From assembly GCA_963663435.1 (NCBI GenBank), contig OY760398.1:848665-912664 (forward strand): DNA of 64,000 bases, written 5' to 3'. The DNA is from Aggregatilineales bacterium (GTDB taxonomy: Bacteria > Chloroflexota > Anaerolineae > Aggregatilineales > Phototrophicaceae). Each line of letters starts with the position of its first letter. The stretch's first letter is position 1. The notes below the pieces were generated by a model, which saw nothing but the letters and a program-made list of their open reading frames with translations, did not search any database and was not told where the DNA came from. This document shows, in pieces, positions 19,370-31,499 of the stretch. A program made the translations under genes and the position numbers.

Positions 19370-20690
19370 GGTAGCGCTGGACTTCCCAGTCCGTAACCTG
19401 CTGGTTGTACTCGTCGCACTCCTGGCGTTTGGCGGCAATGTAGCGGTCGCTGACATAGGGGCCCAAAGCCGACAGAATCACGTCATTTTCGCTAAGGGCG
19501 TCGAGCGCCTCTTCCAGCGAATGCGGCAGCACTTCGATCTGGCGCCGCCGGCCCGGCATTGATTGCAGCAGCGTTTCTTCCATCGGGTCCGGCAGTTCCA
19601 TCTTGTGCACGATGCCATCGAGCCCGGCCTGCAACATGACTGCCATGGCCAGATAAGGGTTGGCGGTTGGGTCGGGGCAGCGCAATTCCAGCCGCGTGTG
19701 ATATTCCTTGCCGGGCGCCGTGCTGGGCACACGGATCAGGGCGCTGCGATTCACATGCGCCCAGGTTACGTTGACCGGCGCTTCAAAGCTGGTGCCGAGG
19801 CGCTTGTAGGAATTGACCAAGGGCGCCAGCACAGCGCACATGGCGCGGGCGTGCTCCAGCTGGCCGGCCAGAAAGAACGAAGCGGTCTCGGACAAGCCGT
19901 ATTCGCTGTCGCTGTCCGCGAATACGTTGGCGCCGGTCCTGAGATCGTGCATGCTTTGATGCGTGTGCATGCCCGATCCCGGCAGCTCGGCATGTGGGCG
20001 CGGCATAAAGGTGCAGTAGTAGCCGAACTTGCGCGCGACGGTCTTGAGCGCAATGCGCGCGGTCAGGATGTTGTCCGCCGAGCGCAAGGCGTCATCGTAT
20101 TGGAAGTCGATTTCGTGCTGGCCTTGCCCGGTCTCGGAATGCGTGGAATCGACCTTGATGCCCAGGGCGCCAAGCGCGGTAAGCATACTGCGGCGCATGG
20201 AGCGGATGGGGTCATCCGGGATATCGAAGTAGCCAGCGATGTCATTATGCGATGCGATCAAAGGCAGCCCGGCCGAATCCAGCGGAAAGAGGAAATACTC
20301 CAACTCCATGCCGGTTTTGAAGCGCAGGTTCATGTCTCGCGCTTGATCCAGCGCCTTGACGAGCAAGCTGCGGGGATCGCCGATAAAGGGTTCGCCGTTT
20401 TGCGTGTGAATGGAACAGATCAGCCGGGCGGTCTTTTCTTCGCCGCTTGTCCAAGGCAGGATGACGTAGCTTGATTCATCCGGCGCCAGCACCATGTCGC
20501 TCTCGGCCACGCGCGCAAAGCCCTCGATAGCGGAGCCGTCAAAGTGCGAGCCGTTTTCGAATACATTGTCCAGTTCGGCCGCCGGGATCATCACGCTCTT
20601 GACCAGGCCGGTGATGTCTGTGAACCACAGCGCCACGAATTGTACGCGCTGCTCCTTCACGTCTTTGAGGATGTCCGCCGCTGATTGCAT
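19356..20690 (-). CDS. glnA: glutamine synthetase type I
   Basis: FTDITGLVKSV, MPRPHAELPGSGMHTHQS and NSYKRL motifs. 3' end overlaps the convergent lysC by 14 nt. Confidence 0.95.
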   Translation of the reverse strand: MQSAADILKDVKEQRVQFVALWFTDITGLVKSVMIPAAELDNVFENGSHFDGSAIEGFARVAESDMVLAPDESSYVILPWTSGEEKTARLICSIHTQNGEPFIGDPRSLLVKALDQARDMNLRFKTGMELEYFLFPLDSAGLPLIASHNDIAGYFDIPDDPIRSMRRSMLTALGALGIKVDSTHSETGQGQHEIDFQYDDALRSADNILTARIALKTVARKFGYYCTFMPRPHAELPGSGMHTHQSMHDLRTGANVFADSDSEYGLSETASFFLAGQLEHARAMCAVLAPLVNSYKRLGTSFEAPVNVTWAHVNRSALIRVPSTAPGKEYHTRLELRCPDPTANPYLAMAVMLQAGLDGIVHKMELPDPMEETLLQSMPGRRRQIEVLPHSLEEALDALSENDVILSALGPYVSDRYIAAKRQECDEYNQQVTDWEVQRYLNRF

Positions 20691-20802
20691 GATTCGCCTG
20701 TGAAGTCGTCTGTGTTGCTTGCAGTATAACGGGCGCTAAAGCGCAACGAATATCGGCGAGATAGCCAATGAACTGCCCTGAGTATTCATGGATTCTGACC
20801 AG

Positions 20803-21252
20803 TTAATCGCGCAGCAAGTCCCAGCGGCGCAGCAGCGCGTCTGCGGCCAGAATGTAACTGTGCCAGCCAAAGCCAGCGACCTGGCCCAGGCAGACACCCG
20901 CTAAAAGCGATTTGTGACGGAAGGCTTCGCGTCCGTGAATATTGGACAAATGCACCTCGATCACCGGCAGCTCTATGGCGGTGATGGCGTCGCGCAAGGC
21001 GACCGAGGTATGCGTGAAGGCGCCGGGATTAAAGACCACGCCATCGGCCCAGTCGCGCGCTTCATGCAAAAGGTCGATCAGCTGGCCTTCGCGGTTCGAT
21101 TGCGCGATTCGCAACTCGACGGCGTATGACGCAAGGTGTCGCTCTACCGCCGCGTTGATGGCGTCCAGCGTCATGCTGCCATAGACGTCCGGCTGCCGCG
21201 TACCCAGTAAGTTAAGATTCGGACCATGTAGAAGCAGGATTCCCTTGGCCAT
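20803..21252 (-). CDS. aroQ: type II 3-dehydroquinate dehydratase
   Basis: [50 protein letters not shown] 21252 preceded by GAGGTG. Confidence 0.9.
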   Translation of the reverse strand: MAKGILLLHGPNLNLLGTRQPDVYGSMTLDAINAAVERHLASYAVELRIAQSNREGQLIDLLHEARDWADGVVFNPGAFTHTSVALRDAITAIELPVIEVHLSNIHGREAFRHKSLLAGVCLGQVAGFGWHSYILAADALLRRWDLLRD

Positions 21253-21269
21253 ACTTATGCGCACCTCGA

Positions 21270-22783
21270 TTACAGAACCGCCATAATATCTTCAGGCGGC
21301 AATCCTTCTACGACAGCCGCTTCGCCCAGCGCTTTGAGGACGACCAGACGCGACACTCCGGACTGCCACTTCTTGTCGGTGGCCATCGCGGCGTACCAGC
21401 GGTAGGGATCCAGAGCGATGTCAGTGGGCAAGCCGATTTGCCACAATATCCGTTGAATCTGCGCCACCAGGTCATCGTTAATGAGGCCTAAATTCCGCGA
21501 AAGCAGCGCCGCCTTCATGGTACCGATGGCGACCGCCTCGCCATGCGGCACAGCATAGTTGGTCGATTTCTCAATGGCGTGTCCAAAGGTATGGCCCAGG
21601 TTGAGATGGGCGCGGATGCCGTTTTCATAAGGGTCGGCTTCCACGATGTCGATTTTGACTTGTACGGCGTGCCGAACCAGGTAAGCCGCTTCTTCAGGCT
21701 GCCACAGGCTCGGCTCGAGCAGCGCGGGCTGCGCGATCAGACCGTGCTTGATGACCTCGGCCATGCCGCAGCGCCACTGCAATTCCGGCAGCGTCGCCAG
21801 CACATCGGTATCGATGATGACGCGCCTGGGCTGCTTAAAGGCGCCGATGAGATTTTTGCCTTGCGGCAGGTCAACGCCGACTTTGCCGCCGACGCTCGAA
21901 TCGACCATCGACAGCAAGGTGGTGGGTATTTGCAAGAGCGGAATGCCGCGCATATAAGTCGCCGCGACATAGCCGGCCATATCGCCGACGACGCCGCCGC
22001 CCAAAGCCAGCAAGGTCGTTCGTCTGTCCGCGCTAAGCCTCAGCATATCGTCGTAAATGCCGCGCACCGTATCCAGATTCTTGTGCGGCTCGCCATCACG
22101 CACGATTATCAGGTTGGCGTTGGGCAGCCCGCCCACCAGGTTCTCAGCGTAGATCGGCGCAATCCTCTCGTTGGTGACGACTACGACATGCCCGCCCAGC
22201 CCGGCGGCTTCCGGGTCGGCCACGATTCGCTGCAAGTTGCCGCTGCCGATAAGTATCGGGTAACCGCCGCCGTCGGGACTGCGCACGTATAGCGCGCCGT
22301 CGGCCAAAGCAAGGATGTCCGCGGCGATGTCCTCCGGCGTCCTTCCGGTAGTCATAATCTGATGGCGAATGCTGGCATAGGCGCCGAGCCGCGCGTCAAA
22401 ATGCGCCTCCCATTCAGCGGCCAGCGGGCGATGTTGGTTCTCGGACAGGCGCGCGCGGATCTCGGCTTTGCTGGCGTTGAGGCAGATAACGATGCCGTGC
22501 TGGCTCATCATCTGGCGATTGCCGGCGTCAACGAGGGCGCCGCCGCCGGTGGCAATTACCAAGCCGTGCCGCAGCGCCAGCTCGTGCACCAACTGCCGTT
22601 CCATATCGCGGAAGGCCGCCTCGCCTTGGCGTCGGAAAATTTGCGGAATGCTGAAGCCGGAGCGGGTTTCGATCTCGACGTCCATATCGACGAAGGGACG
22701 ATTCAGCTTGCGCGCGACGATTTCGCCGACGGTGCTTTTGCCCGTGCCCATGAAACCGGTGATGACTATGTTCTGCGCCGTAT

Positions 22784-22787
<4 letters not shown>
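21270..22787 (-). CDS. aroKB: bifunctional shikimate kinase / 3-dehydroquinate synthase fusion
   Basis: N-terminal [14 protein letters not shown]-loop kinase domain (~165 aa). Followed by a DHQ synthase domain ([32 protein letters not shown]). Confidence 0.9.
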
Positions 22788-23962
<1,175 letters not shown>

Positions 23963-23968
23963 GGGCCT

Positions 23969-24811
23969 TTAGTCCTCGTTCGCAGTTTCCAGCGCCTCTT
24001 GCAGAGCGCGTACCATCAGGTCAATCGGCGGCTCGACGCCGGTCCAAAGCTCGAAGGCGATGGCGCCTTGCCGCGCAAGCATGCCCAGTCCGCCGATGGC
24101 GCGACCGCCATGCGCTACACATTGCTGCATCAGCGCCGTGTTGGCCGGGCGATAGACCATGTCGTAAACGGTCACGCCTTCGGGAAAGGGCAGGCCGTGA
24201 ATCCAGGGCGATTTTTCGATATGGGGGTGCAAGCCGACCGATGTGCAATTGACAATCAACGACATGCCCCAGTCAGCCGCCTGGTCCAGCGTCATCACCG
24301 CCGCGCCCTTTACTCTCGCGGACGCGCGCAGTTGCGCCACCAGTTTATCGGCGCGCGACTTGGTGCGATTGACGATAACCACGCTCGCTCCCTCGCGCAG
24401 CAGGCCATAGACTGCGGCCCGCGCTGCCCCTCCGGCGCCCAGGACGAGCACACGCTGGCCGCGTATGGCGACCTGGTTGGCGCGCAGATCGTTGATAAGG
24501 CCGTCGGCGTCGGTGTTTGTGCCCACATTATTGCGGAAATCCACGGTATTGACCGCGCCAATCGCCCGCGCTTTTTCGTCGGGCCGGACGTATTCCATGA
24601 TGGCTTCCTTATGCGGCACCGTCACATTAATGCCGATGTAGCCGTGGTTCTTGGGCTCGCGCAGGCCCAGCCGCAAGATATCGGGCGGGATCGACATGGC
24701 GTCGTAATGCCAGTCGCTCATGTTCAGCGCCGCAAAAGCCGCGTTGTGCATTATCGGGCTGAGGCTGTGCTCCACCGGGAAGCCTATCACCCCCACACGT
24801 TTGATAGCCAT
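23969..24811 (-). CDS. aroE: shikimate dehydrogenase
   Basis: ATG 24811 (MAIKRVGVIGFPVEHSLSPIMHN) with AAGGA upstream. GAGGAARA NADP motif. Confidence 0.9.
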   Translation of the reverse strand: MAIKRVGVIGFPVEHSLSPIMHNAAFAALNMSDWHYDAMSIPPDILRLGLREPKNHGYIGINVTVPHKEAIMEYVRPDEKARAIGAVNTVDFRNNVGTNTDADGLINDLRANQVAIRGQRVLVLGAGGAARAAVYGLLREGASVVIVNRTKSRADKLVAQLRASARVKGAAVMTLDQAADWGMSLIVNCTSVGLHPHIEKSPWIHGLPFPEGVTVYDMVYRPANTALMQQCVAHGGRAIGGLGMLARQGAIAFELWTGVEPPIDLMVRALQEALETANED

Positions 24812-24833
24812 CTGGCGTCCTTCAGACCCTGCG

Positions 24834-26150
24834 CTACTCGGGTAAAAGCATTGCGCCACAGTTCATAAGCGTCTCGGCAAAGCCGGGAAAGCTGTCGCCG
24901 GCGCAAGCGGCATCCGAGACGATGGCGCCTTCAGCCGCTAGCAGGCCGGCGATGGTCAAGCTCATGGCGATGCGATGGTCATCGTGGCCGTCGACGTGAC
25001 CGCCGGTCAGGCTCTGCGGGCCGACGATGCGGAAGCCGTCTTCGCGTTCTTCGATTACCGCGCCTAATTTGCGCAGTTCGGCCGCCATGACAGCGATGCG
25101 GTCGGTCTCTTTGACGCGCAGCTCGCGGGCGTCGCGGACGATCGTCTCGCCCTCGGCTTGGGTGGCCGCCACCATCAGAATCGGGAATTCATCGATCATG
25201 CGCACGACGGTCTCGCCGCCGATTTCGACGCCGGAAAGCGCGCTCGATTTCACCTGAATGTCGCCGACCGGCTCGCCGGCCTGCGTCGAGCGATTGCTGA
25301 TGACAAAGTCCGCGCCCATTTCTGCGAGCACATCCAACAAGCCAATGCGTGTGGGATTCAGGTCGACGCCGGCAATAGTCAGCTGGCTGCCCGGGACAAG
25401 CAAGCCGGCGACCAGCGGAAAAGCAGCCGAGGAGGGATCGCCCGGCACGGTGATGTCCAGCGGATCAAGCCGCCCGTTGGGATGGAGGGTGAGGCAGTTG
25501 CCGGCTTGGTCCTTTTGCTCAATCTTCACGCCCATGGCCCGCAGCATGCGCTCGGTGTGATCGCGCGCGGGACCCGGCTGGGTAACGGTTGTGGGCGAAT
25601 CGGCAAACAGGCCGGCCAGCAGCACAGCGCTTTTGACTTGTCCGCTGGCCACCGGCATATCGTAGCGTGTGCCCTTCAGCGCGGCCGGGCGAATGGTCAT
25701 AGGGCAGCAGCCGTCTGTCGACTGGATGTCGGCGCCCATTTGTGTCAGCGGCTCGGTGATGCGTTTCATGGGGCGGCTGCGCAATTGCTCGCTGCCATCG
25801 AGCACGCTGGAGAAGGGCTGGCCCACCATGATGCCGGCCAGCAGACGGATGCCGGTGCCGGCGTTCATCAGATTCAAGGGCTCGGGCGACGGGCGCAGCG
25901 GTCCGCCTTCAATCGTCAATGTCGACTCATCGTGGCGTTCGATCTGCGCGCCCAGGTCGCGCATGGCGCCCAGGGTGGCCTCGGTATCGCCAGCGGCCAG
26001 CCAGTTGCGGATATTTGAGGCGCCCTGCGCGATGGCAGCCAACATGACGGCGCGATGCGAAATCGACTTGTCGCCGGGCACACTTAGCGTTCCGCGAAGC
26101 TGCGAGCCGGGACGAATCGTGAATTTTCCCTGCTTAGCGTCCGTTTTCAT
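24834..26150 (-). CDS. aroA: 3-phosphoshikimate 1-carboxyvinyltransferase (EPSP synthase)
   Basis: VPGDKSISHRAVMLAA, LNLMNAGTGIRLL, RVKETDRI. ATG 26150 (MKTDAKQGKF). Confidence 0.95.
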   Translation of the reverse strand: MKTDAKQGKFTIRPGSQLRGTLSVPGDKSISHRAVMLAAIAQGASNIRNWLAAGDTEATLGAMRDLGAQIERHDESTLTIEGGPLRPSPEPLNLMNAGTGIRLLAGIMVGQPFSSVLDGSEQLRSRPMKRITEPLTQMGADIQSTDGCCPMTIRPAALKGTRYDMPVASGQVKSAVLLAGLFADSPTTVTQPGPARDHTERMLRAMGVKIEQKDQAGNCLTLHPNGRLDPLDITVPGDPSSAAFPLVAGLLVPGSQLTIAGVDLNPTRIGLLDVLAEMGADFVISNRSTQAGEPVGDIQVKSSALSGVEIGGETVVRMIDEFPILMVAATQAEGETIVRDARELRVKETDRIAVMAAELRKLGAVIEEREDGFRIVGPQSLTGGHVDGHDDHRIAMSLTIAGLLAAEGAIVSDAACAGDSFPGFAETLMNCGAMLLPE

Positions 26151-27021
26151 AATTCTCTGCCCATTCCTTCCGCGCATGCCGCAGAGGCTGTAGGGATTCG
26201 CTCAGCTGATGGTCGTCGCCGGCGATCAGCAGCGTCTCCAGCATGGCCAATTGCATGCGAAACTGCGCCAGCAAAGTCGCCACCGCTTTGGTATTTGTGC
26301 TCAGGATATCGCCCATCATGGTCACATCGCTGGCCGCCAGCCGGGTGGTATCGCGAAATCCGCCAGCCGCCAGCTCCCAGTAAGCCGGGTCCTGTTCCGC
26401 CTGCCGCGCTACTGTGGCTACAAGCGTGGCGCTCAGCAAATATGGCAGGTGGCTGATGCCGGCCACGATTTGGTCGTGGCGCTCGGCGTCCATTTCAATC
26501 GGCAGGGCGCCCAGGGTTTCGACAAAAGAGCGCGCGTGCAGCCGAGCCGCGGGCGTCGTCCGGCGCGAGGGGCAGAGCACGAAGGGTCGATTCTCATAGA
26601 GCGAGCGATCAGACTCCTCGATGCCGCCGTTTTCTTTGCCGGTCATGGGATGGCCGCCGACCGCGTTGACGCCGATGGGCAAGCTGGCCATGGCGTCCAC
26701 GATATCTTGCTTGGTGCTGCCGATGTCAATGACCAGGGTATTGGAGCGCAGGTAGGAGCCGATCTGCATCCTCAGCATCTCGACGATCACACGCACCGGC
26801 GCGGCCAGAACCACCACATCAGCGCGATTCACGGCTTCGTAAAGATCGTCTGTCGCGCAGTCAACCAGGCCGCGCTTAAGTGCGTAGTCGCGCGTTCGCT
26901 GATCGTGGTCGACGCCGGCGATATGATCGGCATGGTCGCGCATGGCCAGCGCCAATGAGCCGCCCATCAGACCCAGACCGACGACAGCCAGATGGCGCGC
27001 GTGAAAGCTGGCTTTCATCAC
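26134..27021 (-). CDS. tyrA: prephenate dehydrogenase
   Basis: LAVVGLGLMGGSLA Rossmann motif, GGHPMTG catalytic motif. Overlaps both neighbours. Confidence 0.85.
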   Translation of the reverse strand: MMKASFHARHLAVVGLGLMGGSLALAMRDHADHIAGVDHDQRTRDYALKRGLVDCATDDLYEAVNRADVVVLAAPVRVIVEMLRMQIGSYLRSNTLVIDIGSTKQDIVDAMASLPIGVNAVGGHPMTGKENGGIEESDRSLYENRPFVLCPSRRTTPAARLHARSFVETLGALPIEMDAERHDQIVAGISHLPYLLSATLVATVARQAEQDPAYWELAAGGFRDTTRLAASDVTMMGDILSTNTKAVATLLAQFRMQLAMLETLLIAGDDHQLSESLQPLRHARKEWAENYENGR

Positions 27022-27398
27022 TCGGCTCCCGTCTCCGTTGCTTGGGCCAGGTCGGGCCGCAGCGCTACCGCTTTGCGCAGAAAGACATGCTGGATTTCAT
27101 CGATAGACTTTTGCGTATTCCAATGTATCAGGACGCGAATGCACATGGGCAGCCCGTGCTTGACATCGGCTTCCTGGAAGCCCATCAAGGCGGTGCGCGT
27201 CCAGCCCATGTCGCGAGCGGCTTTGGCCGGGAAGGTATCGTCGAGCTCGGGCGTGGCGCTGAACAGCACGCTGGCCACGTCGTCTTCTACGATGCCGTTG
27301 CGCTCGATCATGGTTCCCAGCAGCTCTTGGGTCGCTTCCAGTATGGCTTGGTTGGCGTTGGATTCGACTGTGGTAGCGCCGCGCACTCCGCGTATCAT
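27018..27398 (-). CDS. aroH: AroH-type (monofunctional, trimeric) chorismate mutase
   Basis: MIRGVRGATTVE N-terminus characteristic of AroH-class CM. ATG 27398 preceded by GAAGGAG. Confidence 0.85.
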   Translation of the reverse strand: MIRGVRGATTVESNANQAILEATQELLGTMIERNGIVEDDVASVLFSATPELDDTFPAKAARDMGWTRTALMGFQEADVKHGLPMCIRVLIHWNTQKSIDEIQHVFLRKAVALRPDLAQATETGAE

Positions 27399-27702
27399 CG
27401 TCAATTTATACTCCTTCGTTTTCAACAAAAAAGACGCCGAGTGTTTCACTCTGCGCCTCCATTATCGCTAAGTTTAGCGTAGAAATCAGTTGCCAGCGCG
27501 AATCACCCAGACCGGTCTATGCAGTTTGGGTAATAATAATAGCGCAATCTGGCAAGGTGTAAAACGCTCATGTGGCGACTCAAGCTTCACGATACAGTCA
27601 AGCTACAAAATACCCGATCAATTACGAGATGTCAACGGCGGGACTCAGGGCAATTGCATCAGAATGATAGCGGCTGAAAAGGTGGGAATCTAAACTGAAA
27701 AT

Positions 27703-27885
27703 CAACTACAGAGGGCGCAGAGAGCACAGAGAAAAACAAGAAATTTTGTTCATGTCTTATTTGAACTGTGAGTTGTGGTGAAAAATCACGTTTCGCTAGT
27801 GACTGTTGCCTATTCCAGGCCGCAGATTTAGTAGAATGGTCGTCTAAACTCCTAAAACTCTGTGCCCTCTGCGCCCTCTGTGTTG
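27703..27885. repeat. family-A MITE-like element (inverted CACAGAG arms, AT-rich core), copy A2
   Basis: Left arm CAACTACAGAGGGCGCAGAGAGCACAGAG (27703-27731). The reverse complement of the right arm (27858-27885) is CAACACAGAGGGCGCAGAGGGCACAGAG. ~125-nt AT-rich core. Confidence 0.8.
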
Positions 27886-27963
27886 AAAATAGTTTAATGC
27901 AAATGCCCTGCAGCCAGACTCAATCTCGTTGACGTAGCAGTTCGTATGTGGTTCTGATCACGT

Positions 27964-28773
27964 TCAAGTCGATATTGCCGCGACCATGGACGCCGCCAAG
28001 TTTCGCGCGGCTGCGACGCTCTGGCCGCCGGCCCGCACCAGCGCCGAGCCGACGATGAAGCCGTCGGTCAAGCCGCTGACCTCGCGAGCGTGTTCGGGTG
28101 TGCTGATGCCGAAGCCCAGCACCAGCGGCTTATCCGTGCTGGCGCGCAGCCGCGCGATGAAGTCTTTGAGGTATGCCGGCAGCTCCCTCCGAGCGCCGGT
28201 GATGCCGGTCAGCGATACGACGTAAATGAAGCCGGTGGCATTGGCGGAGGCCAGCTTGATGCGCTTGTCATTGCTGGTGGGCGCCAGCATGAATACCAGC
28301 GCCAGGCCTTCGCGCCGGCAGGAATCAGCAAACATGGCGGCTTCCTCCGGCGGCAGGTCTGGCACGATCAAGCCGTCCGCGCCGGCCTCACGCGCATCGC
28401 GCACGAAGGCGTCCGTGCCGTAGGCCACCAGCGGATTGGCGTAACCCATCATTAGCATCGGCTGAGTGACGCCCTGCCCGCGCAGGCTGCGCACGGCGTC
28501 CAGGCATTTAAGAACGGTCGTGCCGTCTTCCAGCGCGACTTGGGTGGCCGCCTGAATCGTGGGCCCGTCGGCGATGGGATCGCTGAAGGGGATGCCGATC
28601 TCGAAGCCGTCCACGCCGGCATCAGCCAGCGCCTTGATGGTGGCCAGCGATGCGGCATAGGTAGGATAGCCGATGGGGAAATAGGGCAGAAAGGCGGCGC
28701 GATTCTGTGATCTGGCATGCGCGAACATGGCCTCGAGGGCGGCTGTGCCGTGGGAATCTCGTTTCAATGTCAT
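27964..28773 (-). CDS. trpA: tryptophan synthase alpha chain
   Basis: ATG 28773 preceded by GAGGAG. FLPYFPIGYP, GFEIGIPFSDPIADGPTIQ, GFGISTPEH. Confidence 0.9.
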   Translation of the reverse strand: MTLKRDSHGTAALEAMFAHARSQNRAAFLPYFPIGYPTYAASLATIKALADAGVDGFEIGIPFSDPIADGPTIQAATQVALEDGTTVLKCLDAVRSLRGQGVTQPMLMMGYANPLVAYGTDAFVRDAREAGADGLIVPDLPPEEAAMFADSCRREGLALVFMLAPTSNDKRIKLASANATGFIYVVSLTGITGARRELPAYLKDFIARLRASTDKPLVLGFGISTPEHAREVSGLTDGFIVGSALVRAGGQSVAAARNLAASMVAAIST

Positions 28774-28846
28774 GAACTCCTCACTTGCAGTTACTCCAAG
28801 TATTGCAACATAAATCATGAGGCACGGGCATAGAACTAAATGGCAT

Positions 28847-28875
28847 GCGTGGGCGAGCCGCCGGCTCGCCCCTAC
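28847..28875. repeat. GC-rich palindromic REP-like unit (family D), copy 2 (inverted relative to copy 1)
   Basis: GCGTGGGCGAGCCGCCGGCTCGCCCCTAC. Its reverse complement matches 2335-2363 except at the centre and flanks. Lies between trpB and trpA. Confidence 0.7.
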
Positions 28876-28968
28876 AACCCAACATAGATTTTGCCGGTTG
28901 CTTTCATTCAGTAGTCATTATTCTTGCGATCTTGGTTTAACTTCTACCGTTCGCGAGTTTGATACAAC

Positions 28969-30192
<1,224 letters not shown>

Positions 30193-30213
30193 AAGGGGTC
30201 GTCCTCGCGATCG

Positions 30214-30837
30214 TCAAATCCAGAGTTGCGTCTCGCCGGCGAAATAGCGCCGCGCCAAAATCAGTACTTTGAGTACGTATCGGTCTATGCTGTGGATGAA
30301 GTCCTCAGTCGTGAGTTCGATCGTGTCGCTGTCCAGTCCAACTGCCTCTACCGTGACCGATGATGCCTCTCTAGTGAAGAGACGCATACCCGGCTCTATC
30401 GGAAGTTTGACCAAGCCCAGGATTTCTTCGGATTGGTAATGGTAGGTCTCCAGCGGTTGGTTGCACTCGTAAAAGTAGACATGACAAAATTGGCAGTCGA
30501 TGAAGTCGCCAATTTTCGTCGCGCCCAGGCGGATACCCAGCGGAATCAAGTCTTTGAATGCGACTTGCAACCCAAGTTCTTCCTCGATTTCGCGAACGCC
30601 GTCACACACGCTTTCACCCGCCTCGAGATGTCCCGCCGCGCTGATGTCAATCTTGCCAGCATAGTCACGATCCAGCGCGCGCTTCTGCAGCACGACGTAG
30701 GCGGCGCCATCGGGGTCGAGACCGATCACCCAGCAATGGAAAACCTGGTGCCAGTCGCCGTCGCGGTGCACGGCCTCACGCGGCTTCACGCCGATGTGAG
30801 TTAGCGCTTCGTCATAGATATCGAAGTGCTCGTTCAC
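30214..30837 (-). CDS. NUDIX-superfamily hydrolase (IDI-like subfamily layout) embedded in trp operon
   Basis: Nudix-box-like GHLEAGESVCDGVREIEEELGL. Start overlaps the trpF stop by 4 nt. 21 nt upstream of trpB. Confidence 0.75.
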   Translation of the reverse strand: MNEHFDIYDEALTHIGVKPREAVHRDGDWHQVFHCWVIGLDPDGAAYVVLQKRALDRDYAGKIDISAAGHLEAGESVCDGVREIEEELGLQVAFKDLIPLGIRLGATKIGDFIDCQFCHVYFYECNQPLETYHYQSEEILGLVKLPIEPGMRLFTREASSVTVEAVGLDSDTIELTTEDFIHSIDRYVLKVLILARRYFAGETQLWI

Positions 30838-31499
30838 GCGTCGGCTGACCGCACTGCATCAATAAAGGCGCGCAGCTTGGCTTCGTCCTTGATGCCCGGC
30901 GTGCCGGCTTCGACGCCGCTGGCCACGTCCACGCCCCAGGGCTTGATCGCTCGCAGGCGCTCGGCCACATTTTCGGGCTTCAACCCGCCGGCCAACATCA
31001 TGCGCGGCGCCGTCTCACATACTGCCTGGGCGATGCTCACGCTGGTTGTCTCGCCGGTGCCGCCGTAAAGCTTGGGATTAAATGCGTCCAGCAGAACCGA
31101 CGGCGCATCGGCGTCATCGAGAAAGGCGCAGGCCAGCGCGGCGACTTCGGCGCTAGCGGCGCGTTCATCAGCCGGCCGAATCGCCTTGAAAGCCAGCCCC
31201 GGCAACGCGCCAACGAAGTCCGCCGATTCGTCGCCATTGAGCTGCGCGTAATCCAGGCCGACTTCAGCGGAAATAGCACGAATGTCACTTACGCTGGCGT
31301 TTACGAAGACGCCAACGACGATGGGGCAGGCACCGCCAAGCTCCAGCCGCAGCCGGCTGACGACGTCGCGCGCAATCGCAGGTTCAATATGGCGCGGCGT
31401 CTTGGGATAGAAGTTCAGCCCGATCATGTCGACGCCGGCGCGAGCGACCATCAGCGCGTTGTCGGCCGTACGAATGCCGCAGACTTTTATTTTAGTCAT
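30834..31499 (-). CDS. trpF: phosphoribosylanthranilate isomerase
   Basis: MTKIKVCGIRT N-terminus, DMIGLNFYPKTPR, LAGGLKPENV. Confidence 0.9.
   Translation of the reverse strand: MTKIKVCGIRTADNALMVARAGVDMIGLNFYPKTPRHIEPAIARDVVSRLRLELGGACPIVVGVFVNASVSDIRAISAEVGLDYAQLNGDESADFVGALPGLAFKAIRPADERAASAEVAALACAFLDDADAPSVLLDAFNPKLYGGTGETTSVSIAQAVCETAPRMMLAGGLKPENVAERLRAIKPWGVDVASGVEAGTPGIKDEAKLRAFIDAVRSADA

Noticed and set aside
27703-27885. Possibility that the CACAGAG repeat clusters are a CRISPR array
   Set aside because: The units are only 8-9 nt and directly abut each other without spacers. They occur as two inverted arms around a single core. Copies are dispersed, and no cas genes are present.
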